This document shows positions 24,194-31,164 of a stretch of DNA of 32,000 bases, piece after piece. Every line of letters begins with the position of its first letter. Position 1 is the first letter of the stretch. The notes under the pieces are model-generated. The model was not told where the DNA came from. It worked only from the letters and a program-made list of their open reading frames with translations, and did not search any database. Origin of the DNA: Longivirga aurantiaca (GTDB taxonomy: Bacteria > Actinomycetota > Actinomycetes > S36-B12 > CAIYMF01); assembly GCF_042660085.1 (NCBI RefSeq), contig NZ_JBHSTI010000008.1:1929876-1961875 (forward strand). Reading direction: 5' to 3'. The position numbers and the translations under genes are program-made.

Positions 24194-25933
24194 ATGTCGG
24201 TCTCCGTCACGTTGCCCCAGCTCGGCGAGAGCGTCACCGAGGGCACGGTCACCCGCTGGCTCAAGCAGGTCGGTGACACCGTCCAGGCCGACGAGCCGCT
24301 GGTGGAGGTGTCGACCGACAAGGTCGACACCGAGATCCCGGCACCGGCCTCGGGCGTCCTGCTCGCGATCACGGCGGGCGAGGACGAGGTCGTCGCCGTC
24401 GGCGGCGAGCTCGGAGTCATCGGTGCTGCCGACGAGGCCGGCGCTGCTGCCCCCGTCGAGGCGCCCGCTGCCCCGGCACCTGTCGTCGAGGCGCCCGCCG
24501 CACCCGTGGCCGAGCCCGTCGCCGCGCCGGTCGCCGAGGCGCCCGCTGCTCCGGCCGCTGCCCCCGCTGCCGCGCCGTCGGGCGCCGGCACCCCCGTCGT
24601 GCTGCCCGCCCTCGGCGAGAGCGTCACCGAGGGCACCGTCACCCGCTGGCTCAAGGCCGTCGGCGACTCCGTCGCGGTCGACGAGCCGCTGGTCGAGGTC
24701 TCGACCGACAAGGTCGACACCGAGATCCCGTCGCCGGTCGCGGGCACGCTGCTCGAGATCACCGTCGGCGAGGACGCCGTCGTGCAGGTCGGCGGCACGC
24801 TCGGGGTCGTCGGCGTCGCCGGCGCGGCTCCGGCCGCCGCCCCGGCACCGGCCGCGCCCGCCCCCGTCGCTGCCCCGGCACCCTCCGCAGCCGTCGAGGC
24901 CCCCTCGACCCCGGCACCGGCCGCGCCCGTCGCAGCACCCGCTGCTCCCCCGGCACCCGCACCTGCAGCCGCTCCGCCTGTCGCGGCTGCGCCCGCTGCC
25001 GCGGCCGACACCTACGTGACGCCGCTCGTGCGCAAGCTCGCCTCCGACAACGGAGTCGACCTCGCGTCGGTCACCGGCACCGGCGTCGGCGGCCGCATCC
25101 GCAAGCAGGACGTCCTCGCCGCTGCAGAGGCCGCCAAGGCCGCCGCCGCGACCCCCGCGCCTGCCGCCGCCCCCGCTACGGCCGCTGCTCCCGTCGTCGC
25201 GGCGTCCCCGCTGCGCGGGCGCACCGAGCCGATGACCCGCCTGCGCAAGGTCATCGCCGAGCGCATGGTCGAGTCGCTGCACGTCTCGGCGCAGCTCACC
25301 TCCGTGGTCGAGGTCGACGTCACCCGCATCGCGCAGCTGCGCGGCAAGGTGAAGAAGCAGTTCGAGGCCACCGAGGGCGTCAAGCTCTCGTTCCTGCCGT
25401 TCTTCGCCAAGGCCGCCGTCGAGGCGCTCAAGCAGTACCCCCAGGTCAACGCGTCGATCGACCAGGCCGCCGGCACCGTCACCTACCACGACGGCGAGCA
25501 CCTGGGTATCGCGGTCGACACCGAGCGCGGCCTGCTCGTGCCGGTGATCCGCGACGCGGGCGACCTCAACATCGCGGGCATCTCGCGCAAGATCTCCGAC
25601 CTCGCCGAGCGCACCCGCACCAACAAGGTGAGCCCGGACGAGCTCTCGGGCGGCACGTTCACGCTGACCAACACCGGCAGCCGCGGCGCGCTGTTCGACA
25701 CGCCGATCATCAACCAGCCGCAGGTCGCGATCCTCGGCACGGGCGCGGTCGTCAAGCGCCCGGTCGTCGTGACCGACGAGACCGGCAGCGACTCGATCGC
25801 CGTCCGCTCGATGGTCTACCTGGCGCTGACCTACGACCACCGGATCGTGGACGGCGCCGACGCCGCCCGCTTCCTCGTGGCCATGAAGCAGCGCCTCGAG
25901 GACGCCAACTTCGAGGCCGAGCTCGGCCTGTAG
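24194..25933 (+). CDS. sucB: dihydrolipoamide acyl(succinyl)transferase E2 with two lipoyl domains
   Basis: ATG at 24194 (RBS GAAGGAG) inside listed ORF 24152..25933. It has two lipoyl domains ([11 protein letters not shown] twice), Ala/Pro linkers, the E3-binding PLVRKLA...[13 protein letters not shown], and the catalytic DHRIVDGA. Confidence 0.93.
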   Translation: MSVSVTLPQLGESVTEGTVTRWLKQVGDTVQADEPLVEVSTDKVDTEIPAPASGVLLAITAGEDEVVAVGGELGVIGAADEAGAAAPVEAPAAPAPVVEAPAAPVAEPVAAPVAEAPAAPAAAPAAAPSGAGTPVVLPALGESVTEGTVTRWLKAVGDSVAVDEPLVEVSTDKVDTEIPSPVAGTLLEITVGEDAVVQVGGTLGVVGVAGAAPAAAPAPAAPAPVAAPAPSAAVEAPSTPAPAAPVAAPAAPPAPAPAAAPPVAAAPAAAADTYVTPLVRKLASDNGVDLASVTGTGVGGRIRKQDVLAAAEAAKAAAATPAPAAAPATAAAPVVAASPLRGRTEPMTRLRKVIAERMVESLHVSAQLTSVVEVDVTRIAQLRGKVKKQFEATEGVKLSFLPFFAKAAVEALKQYPQVNASIDQAAGTVTYHDGEHLGIAVDTERGLLVPVIRDAGDLNIAGISRKISDLAERTRTNKVSPDELSGGTFTLTNTGSRGALFDTPIINQPQVAILGTGAVVKRPVVVTDETGSDSIAVRSMVYLALTYDHRIVDGADAARFLVAMKQRLEDANFEAELGL

Positions 25934-25947
25934 CCCCCCAGCGCGTA

Positions 25948-25981
25948 CGACGGCCCACGCCCCCTGGGGCGTGGGCCGTCG
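25948..25981 (+). terminator. hairpin terminator after sucB
   Basis: cgacggcccacgcc ccctgg ggcgtgggccgtcg is a perfect 14-bp stem, 15 nt after the stop codon. Confidence 0.6.
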
Positions 25982-26030
25982 CACGTGCGCGGGGTGGTTG
26001 GGATCGACCTCCGATGGGTACCTCGTGCCC

Positions 26031-26591
26031 ATGACTGAACTCATGGCACGCGTGCACGTCGTCGTCGACGCCAGCCCCGAGCAGGTCTGGGAAGGGCTCA
26101 CCTCCCCCGAGCTGACCCGCCTCTGGATGGGTGGCGCCGAGGTTGCGAGCGACTGGACGCCCGGCTCCACCGTCACGTGGTCGGGCCTCGTGGCCGGCCA
26201 GCCGTTCGAGGACTCGGGCACCGTGCTCGAGGTCGACCGCCCGACGCGGCTGCGCACGACGCACCGCAGCGGCGGGCTCGCTCTCGCCGACGCCCCCCTC
26301 GACCCCCACGTCGTGACGTACGAGGTGATGGCCGAGCAGGGCGGCACCGTCGTCACCGTCACCCAGGAGGGCCTGGGCCAGACCCCCGACAGCGTCGCGG
26401 AGTACGAGCAGACCTGGGCGCTGCTGCTCGGCCGCCTCAAGGGCGTGCTGCAGGAGCGCGGCGAGGCCGCCTCCCGATGTGGCGGCGGGGCCCCCGGACC
26501 GACAGACTCGCGGCATGAAGGTCGTGGTCTCGGGCTCGTCCGGTCTGATCGGTTCCTCGCTCGTCGCCTCGCTGCAGGCGGACGGCCATGA
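26031..26591 (+). CDS. SRPBCC (AHSA1/START-like) domain protein
   Basis: Internal ATG of listed ORF 25971..26591; ATG 26043 is an alternative. It has VVDASPEQVWEGLTSPELTRLWMG...GTVLEVDRPTRL...TVVTVTQEG. The last ~25 codons overlap the next gene and look non-conserved. Confidence 0.7.
   Translation: MTELMARVHVVVDASPEQVWEGLTSPELTRLWMGGAEVASDWTPGSTVTWSGLVAGQPFEDSGTVLEVDRPTRLRTTHRSGGLALADAPLDPHVVTYEVMAEQGGTVVTVTQEGLGQTPDSVAEYEQTWALLLGRLKGVLQERGEAASRCGGGAPGPTDSRHEGRGLGLVRSDRFLARRLAAGGRP
26503..26508 (+). promoter_or_regulatory. candidate -10 hexamer CAGACT placed for a leaderless transcript starting at ATG 26515
   Basis: It has A at position 2 and T at position 6 and lies 6 nt upstream of the ATG. 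It sits inside the 3' tail of the SRPBCC ORF. Confidence 0.3.
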
Positions 26592-27420
26592 CGTGGTGAC
26601 GCTGGTCCGGCGTACGCCGACCGCGGCGGGACAGGTGCAGTGGGACCCGTCCCTCGGCGCCTCGGGCGTGACGGCCGAGCTGCGCGCGGCCATCGACGGC
26701 GCGGGCGCCGTGGTCAACCTCGCGGGCGCCGGTGTGGCCGAGAAGCGCTGGGACGAGGCGTGGAAGCACCAGATCCTCGACTCCCGGGTGGCCGCCACGA
26801 CATGCCTCGCGACCGCCATCACCGATGTGGCGAGCAAGCCGCCGGTCTTCGTCTCGGGCAGTGCGAGCGGCTACTACGGCGACACCGGCCCCGTGGCCGC
26901 CGACGAGAGCGCGCACGCGGGCCGCACGTTCCTCGCGCACGTGTGCCAGTCGTGGGAGCTCGCGGCCGAGCCGGCCCGCGAGGTGGGGGTGCGCGTGGTG
27001 CACCCGCGCACCGGCACCGTCGCCGACCCGGACGGCGGTGCGTTCGGCCGCTGGCTGCCGGTCTTCAAGCTCGGCGGCGGCGGACCGCTCGGCAACGGCA
27101 AGCAGTGGTGGTCGCTCATCTCGCTCACCGACGAGGTGCGCGGCATCCGGCACGCCATCGACACCGACTCCCTCGTGGGTCCGGCCAACTTCGCAGCGCC
27201 CGAGCAGGTCACGAACGGCGACCTCGCCAAGGCTCTCGGGCGGGCGCTGTCGCGCCCGTCGCTGGTGCCGGCACCGCTGTTCGGTCTGCGGATCGTCCTC
27301 GGCGAGTTCGCCGACGAGCTCGTCATCAGCCAGCGGATGGCCCCGAACGCGCTGACCGCGAGCGGCTTCGAGTTCTCGCACCCCACGATCGCCTCGATCG
27401 TCGAGGACATGCTCGGCTGA
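26515..27420 (+). CDS. TIGR01777-family (SDR39U1-like) NAD-dependent epimerase/oxidoreductase with DUF1731 C-terminus
   Basis: Internal ATG of listed ORF 26479..27420. It starts with the Rossmann motif MKVVVSGSSGLIGSSL, has a G(S/T)GYYG-like GSASGYYG, and RTGTV and GNGKQWWSLISL. Confidence 0.85.
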   Translation: MKVVVSGSSGLIGSSLVASLQADGHDVVTLVRRTPTAAGQVQWDPSLGASGVTAELRAAIDGAGAVVNLAGAGVAEKRWDEAWKHQILDSRVAATTCLATAITDVASKPPVFVSGSASGYYGDTGPVAADESAHAGRTFLAHVCQSWELAAEPAREVGVRVVHPRTGTVADPDGGAFGRWLPVFKLGGGGPLGNGKQWWSLISLTDEVRGIRHAIDTDSLVGPANFAAPEQVTNGDLAKALGRALSRPSLVPAPLFGLRIVLGEFADELVISQRMAPNALTASGFEFSHPTIASIVEDMLG

Positions 27421-27421
27421 T

Positions 27422-28774
27422 TCAGCCCGCACGGTCCTCGCGGCCGCGCACCTCGGCGATCCGCCAGCCGTCGCCGTCGAGGGCCGGCATCGGCGTGAGC
27501 GTCACCGTCCACCAGGCCGCGGTGCGCTCGGGCACGTGGGTCGTCGTACCGCCCTGCACCACGTCGTAGGCCGTACGCCGGTCGCGCACCGCCAGCACGA
27601 CGCGGTCGGCGTCGGCGCGCAGCAGCCTCGCCTCCTCCAGCACCACCTCGCCGCCCGAGAGCCTGGCGCCCGACCCCGCGAGCCGCGCCAGGAGCGCGGC
27701 GTCGCGCGCCCAGGCAGCACCCGCCGGGTCGACCCAGCGCGCGAGAGCGTCACGGTCGCCGGAGGCGAGCGCCTGCCGACGGCCGGAGTCGAGGGCTGCG
27801 AGCACCGCGGCCCAGTCGGTGGCCACGGGCTCCGCGGGGGGCGGAGCCACCGGTGTGGCGGATACCTCGGGCACCACGGCCGGCGCAGGTACGGCCCCGG
27901 GGGTCGGCTCAGAGGCCACCGCGCCGACCGCCGTCACGGCCCGGACCGCGCCGAGCCCGACCAGCAGCACGAACGCCACCGAGGCCACCGTGCGGACCGA
28001 GAGCCTCGCCGGCGGCTTGTCCTGAGCCCGGCGTCGCGACCCGGGCGGCGGCTGCTCGGCCGGTGGAGCGGCGGCCCGGGCCGAGCGCGGTCGGGGTGCC
28101 GCCCCAGTGGGTCGCGGTGCGGCCGGTGCGGGAGGGGCGGCCGGAGCCGACGGCTGCTGCCACAGCGCGTCGAGCAGGCTCTCCGGGCGGCCGCAGGAGC
28201 GCAGCAGGTCGAGCAGCTGGTCAGCGTCGGGCCGCAGCACGGGATCGGGGTCGGCGGCGCGCAGGGCGGCGAGGACGAGCGGTCCAGGAGCTCCCCCGCG
28301 GCCGAGCAGGAGGCGCACGAGGTCGCCGACCGCGGCGACGTCGGACTCCGGCGTCGGCCCGTCGAGCCTTCCGGGCACGGCGCGCCAGGCGAGGCCGGAC
28401 CCCGCGAGCAGCACCGACCCATTAGGGGCCACGAGCACCTGCTGCGCGCTCACCCCGCCGTGCGCGAGGCCCGCGGCATGCAGCGCCACGAGCGCCTCCG
28501 CCACCGCGGTCGCGGCCGCGAGCACGTGCCCGGCGCGCAGCGGGCCTCCCCGGCGTACGGCGTCGAGCGAGACCGCGCCGTCGGGCACGCGGTGGACGAG
28601 CACGACGCCGTCGGGGGACGACGACCAGCGCACGAGCGGCGCGAGCGTAGGGGCCCGTACCTCGCTCAGCCGGCCGAGGTCGCGCGCGAGCAAGGGGACG
28701 GCGTCGGGGTCGGCGGCGCCGGGGGCGGTGCGCTCGACGGTCGGCAGGGGCTCGGGCTCGGTGCGGCGCGTCAT
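27422..28774 (-). CDS. single-pass membrane protein: truncated catalytically dead kinase-like domain, Pro/Ala linker, TM helix, extracytoplasmic NTF2/SnoaL-like domain
   Basis: Listed ORF 27422..28921, trimmed to ATG 28774 because the upstream 49 codons are Arg/Cys/Pro-rich. Kinase C-lobe remnants are LHAAGLAHGGVSAQQVLV (HRD replaced by HGG) and LLAGSGLA (DFG replaced by GSG). I see no Gly-rich loop or VAIK lysine. The TM segment is VASVAFVLLVGLGAV. Confidence 0.65.
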   Translation of the reverse strand: MTRRTEPEPLPTVERTAPGAADPDAVPLLARDLGRLSEVRAPTLAPLVRWSSSPDGVVLVHRVPDGAVSLDAVRRGGPLRAGHVLAAATAVAEALVALHAAGLAHGGVSAQQVLVAPNGSVLLAGSGLAWRAVPGRLDGPTPESDVAAVGDLVRLLLGRGGAPGPLVLAALRAADPDPVLRPDADQLLDLLRSCGRPESLLDALWQQPSAPAAPPAPAAPRPTGAAPRPRSARAAAPPAEQPPPGSRRRAQDKPPARLSVRTVASVAFVLLVGLGAVRAVTAVGAVASEPTPGAVPAPAVVPEVSATPVAPPPAEPVATDWAAVLAALDSGRRQALASGDRDALARWVDPAGAAWARDAALLARLAGSGARLSGGEVVLEEARLLRADADRVVLAVRDRRTAYDVVQGGTTTHVPERTAAWWTVTLTPMPALDGDGWRIAEVRGREDRAG

Positions 28775-28902
28775 GCGGCCACGGTGCCCGCCCGGCGCCG
28801 CACCCCGCTCGCGTCGTCCACAGGCCCGGGCCGGGGGAAAGGGACGCGCCCGTCTCGATGCGCATCTGCGGGGGTGGACGTGCGTGCCCCTGCACGAACC
28901 GG

Positions 28903-28908
28903 GACGAT
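28903..28908 (+). promoter_or_regulatory. candidate -10 hexamer GACGAT placed for a leaderless transcript starting at GTG 28915
   Basis: It has A at position 2 and T at position 6 and lies 6 nt upstream of the GTG. It is the weakest of the set. Confidence 0.25.
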
Positions 28909-28914
28909 CGACGG

Positions 28915-30147
28915 GTGACACCGCTGCGCGAGCCCGAGATCGACGTCGTCGTCGTTGGGGCCGGCCTCGCGGGGCTGGCTGCCGCGCGGCACCTGGCGGC
29001 GCACGGCCGCACGTGCGTGGTGCTCGAGGCGTCGGACGGCGTCGGCGGGCGCATGCGCAGCGACGTCGTCGACGGCGTGACGGTCGACCGCGGCTTCCAG
29101 CTGCTCAACCCGGCGTACCCCGAGGCGGAGCGGGTGCTCGACCTCGACGCGCTGGCGCTGCGGCCGTTCACCGCCGGCGTGCTGCTCGCCGGCGCCGACG
29201 GGCAGCGTCCGGTCGTGGCCGATCCGCGGCGTACGCCGTCCGCGCTCGCCTCCACGGTGCGCTCGACCCCGGGCTCGCGGCTGCAGCAGCTGCGCTTCGC
29301 GGCGTACGCCGCCGGCGTCGGCTACCTGCCGGCGTCGCGCATCAAGGACGGGGTCGACACCACCATCGGGGAGACGCTGCGGCCGTTCGGCGAGATCACC
29401 GAGCGCGTGCTGGCGCCGTTCCTGTCGGGCGTGCTGTTCGACGACTCGCGCACCACGTCGCGGCGGTTCGTCGAGCTGGTGCTGCGGTCGTTCGTGCGCG
29501 GAACGCCGTCGGTGCCGTCGGCCGGCATGGGGGCGATCCCGGTGCAGCTCGCGCAGGGGGTCGACGTACGGCTCTCCACGCCTGTGCGCTCGGTGACAGC
29601 GACGTCGGTCACGCTGGAGGACGGCTCGGTGATCGCTGCGCGTGCCGTGGTGGTGGCGACCGATGCGGGCGCCGCGGGGGCGCTGCTGCCGGGGCTCGAG
29701 GTGCCGCGGATGAACGCCGGCACCACGTGGTGGCACCTGACCGACGTGCCGGATTCTGCTCTCACCCAAGGGATTCCCGTGCTCGTGGTCGATCCCGACC
29801 GCCGCGGTCCCGTGGTCAACACGGTCGCGGTCTCCTCGGCGGCTCCGGCGTACTCGCGCGACGGCCGCGCGCTCGTGGCCAGCACCGCGCTGGGGCTCGA
29901 GGTCGATGAGGCCGACGTACGCCGGCATCTCGGGCTGCTGCACGGCGTGGAAGTCAGCCGTTGGGACACCGTGGCCGTGCACCGGATCGCGGCGTGCGTG
30001 CCGGCCATGCCGCCCGGCACGCCGCTCACGCGCGAGCCGACGTACGACGGGGTCTACGTCGCCGGCGACCACCGCGACACCGCCTCGATCCAGGGCGCCC
30101 TCGTCTCCGGCCGCCGCATCGCCACCGCCCTCCTCCGTTCTGGATGA
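28915..30147 (+). CDS. NAD(P)/FAD-dependent oxidoreductase (amine-oxidase / phytoene-desaturase-like fold)
   Basis: Listed ORF 28858..30147, trimmed to GTG 28915. This puts the dinucleotide motif DVVVVGAGLAGLAAA...LEASDGVGGR at the usual distance from the N-terminus. A C-terminal VAGDH...SIQGALVSG is present. Confidence 0.8.
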   Translation: MTPLREPEIDVVVVGAGLAGLAAARHLAAHGRTCVVLEASDGVGGRMRSDVVDGVTVDRGFQLLNPAYPEAERVLDLDALALRPFTAGVLLAGADGQRPVVADPRRTPSALASTVRSTPGSRLQQLRFAAYAAGVGYLPASRIKDGVDTTIGETLRPFGEITERVLAPFLSGVLFDDSRTTSRRFVELVLRSFVRGTPSVPSAGMGAIPVQLAQGVDVRLSTPVRSVTATSVTLEDGSVIAARAVVVATDAGAAGALLPGLEVPRMNAGTTWWHLTDVPDSALTQGIPVLVVDPDRRGPVVNTVAVSSAAPAYSRDGRALVASTALGLEVDEADVRRHLGLLHGVEVSRWDTVAVHRIAACVPAMPPGTPLTREPTYDGVYVAGDHRDTASIQGALVSGRRIATALLRSG

Positions 30148-30201
30148 AGTCCCCTCCTGACCTCGTCGGCTGCGCCTCCTCGGCAAGCGGGGGCCCACGC
30201 A

Positions 30202-30241
30202 CATCCACGAGAGCCGAACAGACCCGGCCTTCATCGACGCG
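30202..30241. repeat. second, decayed copy of the palindromic element seen at 918-991
   Basis: catccaCGagagccgaacaGaCccggccttcatc--gacgcg aligns with 950-991, with 36 identical positions over 42 alignment columns by hand. A remnant of the left arm (gttc....tggatgaag) lies at 30137-30149 and contains the oxidoreductase stop codon. Confidence 0.75.
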
Positions 30242-30291
30242 GTGCGGTGAGGCGGGCGGGCATCGCGAGCGCGCGTCGGCGGCCGCTCGCG

Positions 30292-30297
30292 TAGGTT
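30292..30297 (+). promoter_or_regulatory. candidate -10 hexamer TAGGTT placed for a leaderless transcript starting at ATG 30305
   Basis: It matches TANNNT and lies 7 nt upstream of the ATG. There is no Shine-Dalgarno sequence. Confidence 0.4.
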
Positions 30298-30304
30298 CGG
30301 CGGC

Positions 30305-31045
30305 ATGACGACGCGACGCATCCTGGCCACCAGCGGCGGCTTCATGCTGGCCGAGAGCGGGCGCGAGAACGCGCGCCGCCCCGGCGGCACCTTCCTCGAG
30401 GCGCTGCGGCTGTCGGGCAAGGACCGGCCGCGCGTGCTGTTCGTGCACACGGCGTCCGGCGACGACAAGAACTACCTCGCCCTGTCGTACCAGGCCACGC
30501 GCGACCTCTCGGTGGACGCCGACCACCTCGTGCTCTTCCCCTACCCCAACCAGACGCCGGAGGAGGCGTTCGGCCAGGCCGACGTCGTCTGGGTCGGCGG
30601 CGGATCGGTCGCGAACCTCCTCGCGCTCTGGCGCGTGCACGGCGTCGACGAGGCCGCGCGCGACGCGTGGGAGCGCGGCGTCGTCCTCGGCGGCGTGAGC
30701 GCCGGCTCGATCTGCTGGCACGTCGGCGGTACGACGGACTCCTACGGACCCGATCTGCGCATCGTCACCGGCGGCCTCTGCCTGATCCCGTACGGCAACG
30801 GCGTCCACTACGACAGCGAGGCGCAGCGCCGTCCGATGCTGCAGTCGCTCGTGCGCAGCGGCGAGCTGCCGCTGTCGTACTGCACCGACGACCGCGTCGG
30901 GATCCTGTACGAGGGCACCGAGCCGGTCCGCGTGATCACCGACTACGACGTCGACCCCGAGACCGGGCCTGCGGCGTACCGCGTCGAGCGCACCGCCGAC
31001 GGCGGCGTTGTCGAGACCAGGTTCGCCCCCGGCCCCATCGCCTGA
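30305..31045 (+). CDS. S51-family peptidase (dipeptidase E / cyanophycinase-like, class I glutamine-amidotransferase-like fold)
   Basis: Listed ORF 30305..31045. Motifs: ILATSGGF, VWVGGGSVANLL, nucleophile motif GGVSAGSICW, PYGNGVHYDSE. Confidence 0.85.
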   Translation: MTTRRILATSGGFMLAESGRENARRPGGTFLEALRLSGKDRPRVLFVHTASGDDKNYLALSYQATRDLSVDADHLVLFPYPNQTPEEAFGQADVVWVGGGSVANLLALWRVHGVDEAARDAWERGVVLGGVSAGSICWHVGGTTDSYGPDLRIVTGGLCLIPYGNGVHYDSEAQRRPMLQSLVRSGELPLSYCTDDRVGILYEGTEPVRVITDYDVDPETGPAAYRVERTADGGVVETRFAPGPIA

Positions 31046-31062
31046 CCCGCCTCGAGCATCAC

Positions 31063-31111
31063 CCGTCAAGGACAGGAACCGCCCTTCACGGGCGTGCTCT
31101 GTCCTTGACGG
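31063..31111 (+). terminator. 13-bp perfect inverted repeat (ccgtcaaggacag N23 ctgtccttgacgg) with a nested cgccc/gggcg stem; probable terminator of the S51 peptidase gene
   Basis: The arms 31063-31075 and 31099-31111 are exact reverse complements. The repeat lies 18 nt after the stop codon. It has no U-tract, so an operator or RNA-element role for the downstream reductase is not excluded. Confidence 0.45.
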
Positions 31112-31164
31112 AAGAACTCGGGCCGGCGGCGGCACGATCATGGCGGCTGTGGTGAGGTGGGCTT

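Noticed and set aside
24194-24814. Internal nucleotide repeat in sucB: ctcggcgagagcgtcaccgagggcac.gtcacccgctggctcaag... at ~24222 and again at ~24603, plus GC-rich Ala/Pro-coding low-complexity tracts at ~24420-24590, 24820-25010 and 25130-25200.
   Set aside because: Fully explained by the normal E2 architecture: two tandem lipoyl domains separated by Ala/Pro-rich flexible linkers. It is not an independent repeat element or a CRISPR-like array.
28858-28914. ATG 28858 as the start of the FAD oxidoreductase (as in the ORF track), and ATG 28921 as the start of the divergent pseudokinase gene.
   Set aside because: The added N-terminal residues (MRICGGGRACPCTNRDDRR and MSPVDRPGSCRGTHVHPRRCASRRARPF...) are Cys/Arg-rich and atypical. 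The two extended ORFs would overlap each other head to head. GTG 28915 places the GxGxxG motif at the usual distance from the N-terminus. The choice remains uncertain.
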